Below, one piece after another: positions 37,518 through 50,206 of a stretch of 64,000 bases of DNA. The stretch is from Candidatus Dormibacter sp. Lineage in GTDB: Bacteria > Chloroflexota > Dormibacteria > Aeolococcales > Aeolococcaceae. The translations under genes and the position numbers were made by a program. The stretch covers positions 1,437 through 65,436 of the forward strand of contig JBDTJX010000081.1 in assembly GCA_039935655.1 (NCBI GenBank), read 5' to 3'. The first letter of the stretch is position 1. Each line of letters starts with the position of its first letter. The notes below the pieces were generated by a model that did not search any database, was not told the origin of the DNA, and saw only the letters and a program-made list of their open reading frames with translations.

Positions 37518-38423
37518 GTGGCGCCGGCGCGTGAGAGGGTCGACAAGTACTTGCTGGCCGGCGTCGAGGCCACACTGCGTCCGCGCACGGCAGACAGCTA
37601 CGCGCAGATCGTCCGTACACACCTGGCACCGGCCTTCGCCCGCGTGCCACTGACGCGCCTGACGCCTCAGCTCATTCAGCAGACGTACCGCGCCTGCTCA
37701 CCGCCGGACTGTCCGCGAAGACTGTCGCCCAACGTCCACGGCGTGCTGCACCTTGGCCTTCGGGCAGGTGTTCAGGTGGCGCCTCGTGCCCGCCAACATC
37801 GCGGACCTCGTGGACCTGCCACGCGTGGCAGGACGCGAGATGCACGCGCTATCACCGGAGCAGGCGCGCAAGGTGCTGGCGGTGCGGAAGGCGACCCGCT
37901 CGAACCCCTCTACCGACTCGCCATTACCGCCGGCCTGCGCCTCGGCGAGCTTTTGGCGTTGCGCTGGCCCGACGTGGACCTCGAGCAACGCACACTCAGC
38001 GTCGTCGCCACCCTAGAGCACAGCCATGGTCACGAGCCAGTCGTCGCCGCGCCGAAGACCTCCCGGTCGCGACGTCAGGTGGTACTCGGCGGCGCCATCG
38101 TCGATGCACTCCGCGCGCATCGTCAGGCGCAGCCGGGCATCGGCTTTGTGTTCACCCGCGGCGACGGTCGCCCGCTCAGTCGCTCCATCGTCGACAAGGC
38201 GTGGACCCGGCTCAACGCGCGCGCCGACGTCCCGCGGGTGCGCTTTCACGACCTCCGGCAGACGTCGGCCACCCTGCTACTCGGGCGTGGTGTGCATCCC
38301 AAGATCGTGAGCGAGATGCTCGGCCACGCAACGGTGGCAATCACGCTCGATCTCTACTCGCACGTCACGCCGACGATGCAGCGCGAGGCGGTCGTCGTGA
38401 TGGACGACCTTCTGAGCCAGTAG
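37518..38423 (+). pseudogene. Tyrosine-type phage integrase/recombinase, probably inactivated by frameshifts in the N-terminal core-binding region
   Basis: C-terminal catalytic domain is intact in frame: box I LRLGELLALRWPDVD, box II RFHDLRQTSATLLL and nucleophile LGHATVAITLDLYSHV. The expected core-binding segment (AFGQVFRWRLVPANIADLVDLPRVAGREMHALSPEQARKVLAV) is encoded in a different frame (37753-38016), and the in-frame text there is non-homologous. Confidence 0.55.
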
Positions 38424-38470
38424 GGGGCACGGTAGGGGGCAAAAGCCTACTGCAGGCGACCTTTCGTATT

Positions 38471-38846
<376 letters not shown>

Positions 38847-39183
38847 ACGAGGCGACAGCGTTCAGGGGAACGCGCTGTGCACCGTCAATGGTACCGCGCT
38901 CGCGTCACCGCCAATCGGCCCGGCGAACATTCCCTCGACGCCGCCGAGATCAGTCCGGATCGCCGAGGAGATCCGCGACACCCGCCCCACCAGGCCGCAT
39001 TGGCCAGCCCCGCCCGCCGCGACGCGCTGCTCTGGGCAGCTGGCCCGGCCTTGTTGCTTCAGCGAACCCCACCTGATCGGCGGCCCAGGCATGCTCCTGT
39101 GGAGACGCAGCGGTCGGATGGCCCGACATCCGTCGTCGGTCGATGTCACCCGCGCGACGGCAGTCCCGCCTACTCTGTAGACC

Positions 39184-39729
39184 ATGCCAATTTGGGCCCA
39201 GCGTGAGCGGTTCGACGCACCCCGCCAGCACGGCCTCGGTGCGGGCATGCGGCGCTGGACGATCCCCGCCATCGGTGCGCTGACGCCGATAGGCCTCATC
39301 GTCGTCAACATCGCGGCGTTCATCGTCCACAACCTGGCGCAGTTCCGCCTCGGCATCAGCGTGCTGGCGTTCGTCAGCGGGGTGCTGCTCAACGCGTGGA
39401 CGGGGCTGAACATCTACCGTGTTGCCAAGGCGCGGTTTCCTCACTTCGGAGTGCTCCACGAGAGCAACCAGGAGATCGTGCTCGTCATCGGCCTGCTGGT
39501 CGTCATCGCCATCTCGGCTGCTGAGGGCCTGTTCTGCTACAACGGCCTCAGCAACGAGAAAAACCTGCCGAACGCGGCCACCTTCTATCTTGGTGTGGTG
39601 GCTATCGCAATCCCGATCCTGCTGCAGGTGATCTTCGCCCGCCTCGGTCGCGGTGGCGCCTCCGACCGCCAGAGGGTCGACGGCTATCCCAGCCCGCCGC
39701 CGGCGCCGGACCGCTGGGAGAACCAGTGA
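39184..39729 (+). CDS. Hypothetical membrane protein (4 TM)
   Basis: Hydrophobic segments throughout; stop overlaps the start of the next gene (GTGA). Start may be the internal ATG (MRRWTIPAIG...). Confidence 0.4.
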   Translation: MPIWAQRERFDAPRQHGLGAGMRRWTIPAIGALTPIGLIVVNIAAFIVHNLAQFRLGISVLAFVSGVLLNAWTGLNIYRVAKARFPHFGVLHESNQEIVLVIGLLVVIAISAAEGLFCYNGLSNEKNLPNAATFYLGVVAIAIPILLQVIFARLGRGGASDRQRVDGYPSPPPAPDRWENQ

Positions 39730-40661
39730 TCACCGCGCAACTGCTCATCCATCACGCCCTCCTGGCGCGGGCCGGCGGCGGCTCGAGCTTCGGTGGGGGA
39801 GGCGGCGGGGGCTTCGGCGGCGGGGGCTTCGGCGGTGGCGGCTACTACGGCGGCGGCGGCTACTACGGCGGCGGCGGCGGGTTCGGATCGCTCGGGCTGC
39901 TTTCGGTGCTCTTCTTCGGCGGCGGCCCGTTCATCTTCATCTTCCTGCTGCTGATGGCGTTCAACGCGTGGCGGCGTGTGTCGGGTGGCGGGATGCGCAT
40001 CCCGGGGCCGTCGGGGTGGGCGCCGCGCTACGGCGACAGCGGGCCGATGGGCGTCCCCTCCGGCTTCGGCGTCGGCCAGCAGACCGTCGCGCCGGACACC
40101 GTGTCCGAAGGCCTGGCCGCCATCAAGGCACATGACCCGGACTTCGACGAGACGGAGTTCATCAACCAGGCACAGCGCGAGTTCTTCATCATCCAGAAGG
40201 CGTGGAGCGATTGCAAACCCGAGGAGAGCCGACGGGTGATGTCCGACACGCTGTGGGACCAGCACCGCGCCCAGATCGAACAGTACGTGGCCAAGGGCCA
40301 GCACAACGTGCTCGACAACCTCGCCCTCGCCGATGCCACCATCGTCAACGCCAGCAGCGACAGCCATCACGATCGCATCCAGCTGCGCATGCATGCCGCC
40401 TGCGCCGACTACGACGTGGACAACGCCACCAACAAGATCACGCGTGGCAACCGGACGGTCGGCGAGTGGTACGAGGACTGGCTATTCGAGCGCTCATCGT
40501 CGGCGACGACGCGTCCCGACGGCGGCACCATGGCGCAGCATTGCCCCAACTGCGGCGCCCCGTTGAGCGTCGACCTCAATGGTGTGTGCTCGTACTGCAA
40601 AGCACCGGTGATGAGCGGCGACTACGACTGGGTGCTCACCCGCATCGACCAGGTCCGGTAG
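39726..40661 (+). CDS. Tim44-like domain membrane protein with Gly-rich N-terminus and C-terminal zinc ribbon
   Basis: (GGGGFGGGG)n low-complexity region, TM segment (FIFIFLLLMAF), Tim44-like alpha+beta region (EFINQAQREFFIIQKAW...), and C-terminal CPNCGAP...CSYCKAP. Confidence 0.6.
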   Translation: MITAQLLIHHALLARAGGGSSFGGGGGGGFGGGGFGGGGYYGGGGYYGGGGGFGSLGLLSVLFFGGGPFIFIFLLLMAFNAWRRVSGGGMRIPGPSGWAPRYGDSGPMGVPSGFGVGQQTVAPDTVSEGLAAIKAHDPDFDETEFINQAQREFFIIQKAWSDCKPEESRRVMSDTLWDQHRAQIEQYVAKGQHNVLDNLALADATIVNASSDSHHDRIQLRMHAACADYDVDNATNKITRGNRTVGEWYEDWLFERSSSATTRPDGGTMAQHCPNCGAPLSVDLNGVCSYCKAPVMSGDYDWVLTRIDQVR

Positions 40662-42632
<1,971 letters not shown>

Positions 42633-42690
42633 CGGGTGGTCTCCTCCAAAGCCTTGCGCGACGCTGGTCCGTCGTTATGGGTTGCCTACG

Positions 42691-43320
42691 TCAGGTGGGC
42701 AGCACCTTCCGCTTGAAGTTGGCGTTGGTGACGTCGGCGAAGGACGCGTAGATCGCCGCCGCCGCGGTGGCAAGGCCGACGTAGCCGCCAACCTGGATGA
42801 TCCCGCTGCTCTGGCCGAAGTGCCCGATGGCCAGCACCACGAAGGTGATGGTCAGGAGCACGAACACCAGCTGGACGGCACGGGCGCCCGCCATCGAGGC
42901 GATGGTCATGTACGCGGTGAAGATGCCCCATGCCAGCAGGTACCAGCCGATGAAGTTCTCCACGTCCGGGGTGGTGGCTTTCGTCGCGGTCGGCAGGAAC
43001 ACGACGACCAGCAGGTAGAAGCTGAGCCAGAACGCACCGTACGAGGTGAACGCTGTGGCCGCGAAGGTGTTGCCCCGCTTGAACGCCCACATCCCCGCAA
43101 GCAGCTGCGCCAGCCCGCCGAACGTGAGCGCCATCGACAAGACCAGCACGGTGAGGGTCGCCGGAAGGATCTTCGCGTTGACCAGTGACAGCAGCAGCGT
43201 GGTGAACCCGAAGCCTGCCAGGCCCAGCGGAGCCGGGTCCGCCACGAGCGGCGCCGCCTGCTCGGGCGTCCTCAGCGCCGTGTCTTCGAATGCTCGCGCC
43301 ATATGCGTTGCCTCCTCCAT
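42691..43320 (-). CDS. satP: GPR1/FUN34/YaaH family acetate transporter
   Basis: Family signature NPAPLGL-GF (ADPAPLGLAGFGFTT) and six TM segments; sits immediately upstream of acs on the same strand. Confidence 0.75.
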   Translation of the reverse strand: MEEATHMARAFEDTALRTPEQAAPLVADPAPLGLAGFGFTTLLLSLVNAKILPATLTVLVLSMALTFGGLAQLLAGMWAFKRGNTFAATAFTSYGAFWLSFYLLVVVFLPTATKATTPDVENFIGWYLLAWGIFTAYMTIASMAGARAVQLVFVLLTITFVVLAIGHFGQSSGIIQVGGYVGLATAAAAIYASFADVTNANFKRKVLPT

Positions 43321-43432
43321 GTGACGCCGCCAAGGGCGTCAAGCAGCCCGATTCTGCTCTTAGTGCGAGGGTTAGGGCAACGGGGTGTTGGTCGGTGCCG
43401 CAACCATTTTCGCCTGCGGCCGCCACGCTCCC

Positions 43433-43474
43433 ACGAAAAGAACCCGGCGCCGTCGCGATCACGGAGCCGGGTTC
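43433..43474 (-). terminator. Putative intrinsic terminator downstream of dnaK
   Basis: On the minus strand, 19 nt after the dnaK stop: GAACCCGGC...GCCGGGUUC forms a 9-bp stem with an inner 4-bp extension, followed by UCUUUUC. Confidence 0.45.
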
Positions 43475-43492
43475 CAGATTCCTTGTCGGGGA

Positions 43493-45397
<1,905 letters not shown>

Positions 45398-45533
45398 TGG
45401 ATGAGTCCCTCCGGGGATGCGAACAAGGGGATTTGGAATAGTGGCGTTTTCAGCAACGCCGTCGGTGCAGTGGTACCGCGGAGCAGCCCCATGCTAAACG
45501 TGTGGAGCGCCCCGATGGCGCTACGCTGAGGCG

Positions 45534-45881
45534 GTGGCAGACGCGCACGGCGGCGGGATGGCTGCGCAGCTCAAGGGGCTGCGTGAACGCGCCGACGAGG
45601 ACTTCAGCAGCCCTCCAGGAGTCAAGGTGTCAGGGCGCCACCAGCTCGACATCGCCGAGCTCGGCGTGCGGGTGGCCATCACCCGGTCGCGCTACCCCAA
45701 CACCGACGAGGGCGTCGACCAGTACGCCGTGACCCTGACCCGCACCCGGCTCGACCAGGCCGCCGCCGACAGCGAGGTGCGCATGGTCCTCGAGACGGCC
45801 TTCGGTGGCGCCGCCGGGGAAGCCGTCGAGCGCACCGGTGGCGGCCCGCTGGTGCGGATGTTCCGGGTCCCCGCCGCCTGA
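45534..45881 (+). CDS. Hypothetical small protein
   Basis: Open frame between dnaK (divergent) and pcm (convergent); no recognised domain. Confidence 0.3.
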   Translation: MADAHGGGMAAQLKGLRERADEDFSSPPGVKVSGRHQLDIAELGVRVAITRSRYPNTDEGVDQYAVTLTRTRLDQAAADSEVRMVLETAFGGAAGEAVERTGGGPLVRMFRVPAA

Positions 45882-45882
45882 A

Positions 45883-46548
45883 TCAGCCACGCGAATAGGC
45901 GTCGTCACCGATCAGGGGGACGAACCGGCAGGGGCCGAGGCTGTCGGTGACCCAGCGACCGTCGACCACGCGCAGGCGCACCAGCTCATCCATCTCCTCG
46001 CCGTTGCGGTGCAGCGGGATGACCAGCCGTCCGCCCTCGCGGAGCTGGCGGGGCAGCGCGACAGGCATGCGTGGGGCGGTCGCGGCGACCGCGATGGCGT
46101 CGAAGGGAGCCTGGTCGGGCAGCCCGCGGCTGCCGTCACCAACGTGGACGACGACGTCGGCACCGGCGGCCGCGAGGCGACGACGCGCCGCCTCGGCCAG
46201 CTCGGGGACGCGCTCGATGCCGACGACCTGGGCTCCGCAGGCGGCGAGCACGGCCGCCTGGTAACCGGAGCCGGTGCCCACGTCGAGCACGCACTCACCC
46301 TCGCGGACGTGCAACGCCTCCACCATGGCGGCAACCATCAGCGGCTGGGAGATGCTCTGGCCACACTCGATGGCCAGCGCCTTGTCGGCATACGCCTGGC
46401 CGACCAACGAGCTGGGCACGAACAGCTCCCGAGGCACCGCTGCCATCGCCTCGAGCACACGCTCGTCGCGAATGCCGCCGCGACGCAGCGTGTCGAGCAT
46501 CTCGCCGACCCCCACTCGCATCGTCGTGGTGTAGCAGATACGGGGCAA
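45883..46548 (-). CDS. pcm: Protein-L-isoaspartate O-methyltransferase
   Basis: GQSISQP and VLDVGTGSGY motifs. The true start may be an internal ATG (MLDTLRRGGIRDERVLEAM...). Confidence 0.85.
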   Translation of the reverse strand: MPRICYTTTMRVGVGEMLDTLRRGGIRDERVLEAMAAVPRELFVPSSLVGQAYADKALAIECGQSISQPLMVAAMVEALHVREGECVLDVGTGSGYQAAVLAACGAQVVGIERVPELAEAARRRLAAAGADVVVHVGDGSRGLPDQAPFDAIAVAATAPRMPVALPRQLREGGRLVIPLHRNGEEMDELVRLRVVDGRWVTDSLGPCRFVPLIGDDAYSRG

Positions 46549-46611
46549 CCAGCCGTCCCGTTGGCGACGATCTCGCTCATCGTCTGACCCCTCTCCGAGG
46601 AATCGAACCGC

Positions 46612-47034
46612 CTACACCTGCGGCTCGAGCACCAGGTCCTCAGGTGGCTGCTGGGGCACCTTCCACACGAGGAAACCCTTGTTCCAGCGTCGGTGGTATT
46701 CGTTGGCCGCCTCCACCGCATCGTGGTACGCCCGCTCGAACGCCGCCAGGTCGCCCGCGTCGCACGCCGCGAAGAGCGGGCCGAGGTCCTCGTGGACAAA
46801 CGCCTCGACATCGTGCTCGTACTTGGGGCGGGTGACGTTGCCGAGACGGAAGAGCTTGCGCATCTCCTTGAGCTGCCAGGTGGCCAGTGGCCAGTTCTGC
46901 GCCCGGCCGGCGTGGTATGCCTTCCACATCCGAGCCCCGATCTCGGGCATGAGGCGGGCAAAGCCTGGCTGAAGGGCTGTGAGGGCCTCCAGCCCCAGGC
47001 GCTCGGGGTTCTTTGGCTGAGTCGCTTCGTTCAA
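46612..47034 (-). CDS. Hypothetical protein (140 aa), apparently co-transcribed with pcm
   Basis: Open frame ending 64 bp upstream of pcm on the same strand; no recognised domain. Confidence 0.4.
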   Translation of the reverse strand: MNEATQPKNPERLGLEALTALQPGFARLMPEIGARMWKAYHAGRAQNWPLATWQLKEMRKLFRLGNVTRPKYEHDVEAFVHEDLGPLFAACDAGDLAAFERAYHDAVEAANEYHRRWNKGFLVWKVPQQPPEDLVLEPQV

Positions 47035-47120
47035 ACGCGTGGCTCCTTGCGTGGCTCAGGGCAGTGTAGCGACGGCCGTCGTGGCCCTCGGCTTGTGACG
47101 GATCGCACGCAGCGGCGTTT

Positions 47121-47660
47121 GTGCAGTCGATGATCGCCGCCATGACCAGAGCGGTGCAGAGGGCGGTGACACCCTTCGAGGAGGTGTATGGAGAGCATGC
47201 CGACGCCGTCTTCCGTTTCTGCGTCTCTCAGCTGCGTGACCCGGCGACTGCGGAGGATGTCACGGGCGATGTCTTCGCTGCGGCTTTCGCAGCCTACGAG
47301 CGGGTCCGGCCCGAGCCCGACGGCGTGCGCACCTGGCTCTTCCGGATCGCCCGCAACGCCGTGATCGACCAGTACCGGCGCGAGGGGCGCCGCCGTTCGC
47401 TCCTCAGCCGCATCGGCCACAACCGCGAGTTTCCCTCGACCGTCGAGGACACCGCTGAGCAGCGCAGCGACCTGCGCTCGGTCTGCGCGGCGATCGAATC
47501 GCTCCACGAACGCGACCGTCAATTGGTGGGGCTGCGCGTGGCCGCCGGGCTGAGCTACGCCGAGGTGGCAGCGGTCGTGAATATGCGTGAGGGCGCAGCG
47601 CGCATGGCGACCCATCGCGCGCTCGAGCACGTGCGCGCCACCTTGAGGGCACACCAGTGA
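47121..47660 (+). CDS. ECF-type RNA polymerase sigma-70 family factor
   Basis: Region 2 (FRFCVS...RTWLFRIARNAVIDQYRR) and region 4 helix-turn-helix (LSYAEVAAVVNMREGAARMATHRAL). Confidence 0.8.
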   Translation: MQSMIAAMTRAVQRAVTPFEEVYGEHADAVFRFCVSQLRDPATAEDVTGDVFAAAFAAYERVRPEPDGVRTWLFRIARNAVIDQYRREGRRRSLLSRIGHNREFPSTVEDTAEQRSDLRSVCAAIESLHERDRQLVGLRVAAGLSYAEVAAVVNMREGAARMATHRALEHVRATLRAHQ

Positions 47661-49366
47661 GCGACCAGGACGACGGCGACCTTTCCGCCGCCTTCGAGGG
47701 GTTGCGCGCGCCCCGCTCCACCGCCAACTACGCAGACCGAGTCCCCAGCGTCGAGGCTGTGGAGACCGTGTACGCGCGCCGCTGGCCCCAGGCGCTTGCC
47801 ACCGTGCTGGCGGTGCTTGTCGCCCTCGGCGGCGCGGGCACGTTCCTGGCGCTGCGCAACGCGCGGCAGGGCGGGGTGGGTTCCAGCGCCGGGTATCCCA
47901 GCGCACGGACCAACGCGGCGATGGCGTTCGACTCGTCCAGTGGGCTCACCGTGATGTATGGCGGGCTGTCGGCGTCGGGATCATCGCTGGCCGACACCTG
48001 GACCTGGAATGGCTCCTCGTGGGCGACGTCGACGGGTTCGTCGCCGGGCAAGCTGCTCAATGCGCACATGAGTGACGATCCGCCGGACGGTGGGGTGCTT
48101 CTCACTGGCGTACCGCCGCCGGCCAACAAAGGCAGCGGCATCGCCTGTGCCGTCGGCGGCTCGGGGAGCGGCGGCGTCACGGGAACGGCGACCGGCTCGA
48201 CCGGCTCCCTGTCGCCGAGCACGCCCGGTGCCGCCGGGGGAGCGCCCCCGCTGAACCAGCCGCCGACCAAGAGCGGCGTACCGGCGGCTGCGACCCCGCC
48301 GCCGGTGGCATCGACCAGCCCCATCACCGCCTGTCCCGCCGTGGTTCCATATCCCACCCTGCAGACTTGGCTCTTCACGGCGAGGGGGTGGACCCACGTG
48401 GCCGGCTCCACGTCCGCGGCGGTGAACGCCGACACTCCATCCGCTGCCTCGCAGCTCGCCTACGACTCCAGCAGCGGACAGGTGATCGCTGTGAGCAGCA
48501 GCCCGTTTGCGTACTGCGGACTGCCGCTACGGGCGGGCGCAGCCGTCCAGCCCGACCTGATGTGCCCGATGACGAAAAGCGGACAGAACGGCGCACCCTG
48601 CAGCCCGTCGGCGTGCGCCTCCATGCCGTGCCGGTTGGGCGCCGCGGTGAACAGCTGCCTGCCCTTTGCGGGGAGCATCTCGACCTGGACGTGGTCGCAC
48701 GGACAGTGGACGCAGCGCAAGGGGGCGATCATCCCCGGCGCCGCCACAGGCGTGGCCTTCGGGGACGCCGCCGGCGCCCACACGACGCTGGTGACGGAGA
48801 CCGCGAGCGTGCCGTTCTGCGGCCAGCCGGAGACGTGCGCGACGGCGCTGACGACGACCTCGGTGTACACGTGGGCCGGCTCGGCCTGGAGCCAGGCGGC
48901 AACTGCCGGCAGCGTCCCGTCGGGGCTCTCGCTCGGCGGCGCCAGCGCCGCATCGATCGGCAGCCGCGCCATCGTGTTGACGGCGTCCGGCGAGCTGTAC
49001 TCGTTCTCGGCGGCCGATGCGCACTGGGTGCGCCAGGCTACCGCCTCGCCCGACGGGCGCACCGGGGCGGCGATGGCCGACGGCCCGGGCGGCTCGATCG
49101 TGCTCTTCGGTGGCACCAGCATCGGCAAGGTGGGCTCGGCGCTGATCGGCATTCGCGGGTCGGTTGCCTCCGATACATGGACCTGGAACGGCTCGACCTG
49201 GAGACACGTAGCGGGCCCGTCACCGGCGCCGGTGACGACGCCGCCACCGTGCTCTGATGTGACCGGTCTGGGCAGCAACGCGTGTGCTTCGCCACCGGCT
49301 CGCCTGCCCCAGGTCAGCGCACCCTCGAGCGCCCCAGCGGGCTCGCCGGTTCCCGTCGTCCCCTGA
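47657..49366 (+). CDS. Putative anti-sigma factor: short cytoplasmic N-terminus, one TM, extracytoplasmic Kelch/beta-propeller-like repeats
   Basis: ATGA overlap with the sigma gene. TM segment (ALATVLAVLVALGGAGTFLAL). Repeated DTWTWNGSxW / TWTWSHGQW / DTWTWNGSTW motifs typical of Kelch blades, plus Ser/Gly/Pro/Thr-rich linkers. Confidence 0.5.
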   Translation: MSDQDDGDLSAAFEGLRAPRSTANYADRVPSVEAVETVYARRWPQALATVLAVLVALGGAGTFLALRNARQGGVGSSAGYPSARTNAAMAFDSSSGLTVMYGGLSASGSSLADTWTWNGSSWATSTGSSPGKLLNAHMSDDPPDGGVLLTGVPPPANKGSGIACAVGGSGSGGVTGTATGSTGSLSPSTPGAAGGAPPLNQPPTKSGVPAAATPPPVASTSPITACPAVVPYPTLQTWLFTARGWTHVAGSTSAAVNADTPSAASQLAYDSSSGQVIAVSSSPFAYCGLPLRAGAAVQPDLMCPMTKSGQNGAPCSPSACASMPCRLGAAVNSCLPFAGSISTWTWSHGQWTQRKGAIIPGAATGVAFGDAAGAHTTLVTETASVPFCGQPETCATALTTTSVYTWAGSAWSQAATAGSVPSGLSLGGASAASIGSRAIVLTASGELYSFSAADAHWVRQATASPDGRTGAAMADGPGGSIVLFGGTSIGKVGSALIGIRGSVASDTWTWNGSTWRHVAGPSPAPVTTPPPCSDVTGLGSNACASPPARLPQVSAPSSAPAGSPVPVVP

Positions 49367-49410
49367 CGCGTCGCCCGCGCCGCGCGGCCCGCGCACGCAC
49401 AATTCCCGCC

Positions 49411-49911
49411 GTGGCTGACGAGATCCGCGTCGAGGAGCTGGCCGGGGACGACCCGGACGTGCTCGCCATGCTGGTCGACCTCACCCTGGACGAGCAGGAG
49501 CACTACGACCACCCGCTGGAGAGTCGCGACCAGGTCGAACGGCGCCTGCACGTCGCCCCCGGCTTCACCGGTGAGAACCGCGTCCTGGTCGCACGCGGCC
49601 CCCACGGAATGGCGCTGGGGGTGTGCTGGGTGGTGCTCTTCGACCCGGGGACCGGGCTGGAGGCGGAGCTGGCCGAGCTGTACGTTCGCCCCGAGGCACG
49701 CGGCGGCGGAGTGGCCCGGGCGCTCGTCGCCAAGGCGATGGAGCTGCTCGCGGAGCGCCACGTCATGTTCGCGTGCGTATGGACCCGCGACGACAACCCC
49801 GCCGCGCTGGCGGCCTACCGCGCCGCCGGGTTCGCGCCGACCAGGCAGGCGGTGCTCACCTGGCTTCCCACCCCCGACGCCGGGACCGGCGGCGAGGCGC
49901 GTCACGAATAA
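49411..49911 (+). CDS. GNAT family N-acetyltransferase
   Basis: Acetyl-CoA binding motif A region (ELYVRPEARGGGVARALV). GTG start chosen after the anti-sigma stop. Confidence 0.6.
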   Translation: MADEIRVEELAGDDPDVLAMLVDLTLDEQEHYDHPLESRDQVERRLHVAPGFTGENRVLVARGPHGMALGVCWVVLFDPGTGLEAELAELYVRPEARGGGVARALVAKAMELLAERHVMFACVWTRDDNPAALAAYRAAGFAPTRQAVLTWLPTPDAGTGGEARHE

Positions 49912-49918
49912 TGTGCCG

Positions 49919-50206
49919 ATGCCGCTGAGCCCCGAGGAGGTCGCCCACGTCGCCGTGCTCGCCCGGCTCGGGCTGAGCGATGAAGAAAGGCGCCGGATCG
50001 GCGCCGAGCTCGACCTCATCCTCGAGCACATCTCGAGGCTGCAACGCGCCGACGTCTCTGAGGTGCCCGAGACCGCCCAGGTGGGCAACCTCGTCAACGT
50101 CTGGCGCGACGACGAGCCGGGGCCGTCGCTCGGCCAGGAGCAGGCCCTGGCCGCGGCACCCAACACAGATGGCCGGTACTTCAGGGTGGGGGCGATCCAG
50201 GAGTGA
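49919..50206 (+). CDS. gatC: Asp-tRNA(Asn)/Glu-tRNA(Gln) amidotransferase subunit C
   Basis: MPLSPEEVAHVAVLARLGLSDEE... matches GatC over its full length. Confidence 0.85.
   Translation: MPLSPEEVAHVAVLARLGLSDEERRRIGAELDLILEHISRLQRADVSEVPETAQVGNLVNVWRDDEPGPSLGQEQALAAAPNTDGRYFRVGAIQE

Noticed and set aside
39780-39900. GGC/GGCGGC short tandem repeats, considered as a possible CRISPR or simple-sequence locus
   Set aside because: They are the coding sequence of a Gly-rich low-complexity protein segment, with no spacer-repeat periodicity. No CRISPR array is present anywhere in the window.
45398-45533. HrcA CIRCE or HspR HAIR operator upstream of dnaK
   Set aside because: Inspection found only weak 6-bp inverted repeats and nothing resembling TTAGCACTC-N9-GAGTGCTAA or CTTGAGT-N7-ACTCAAG. 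Not reported as a feature.
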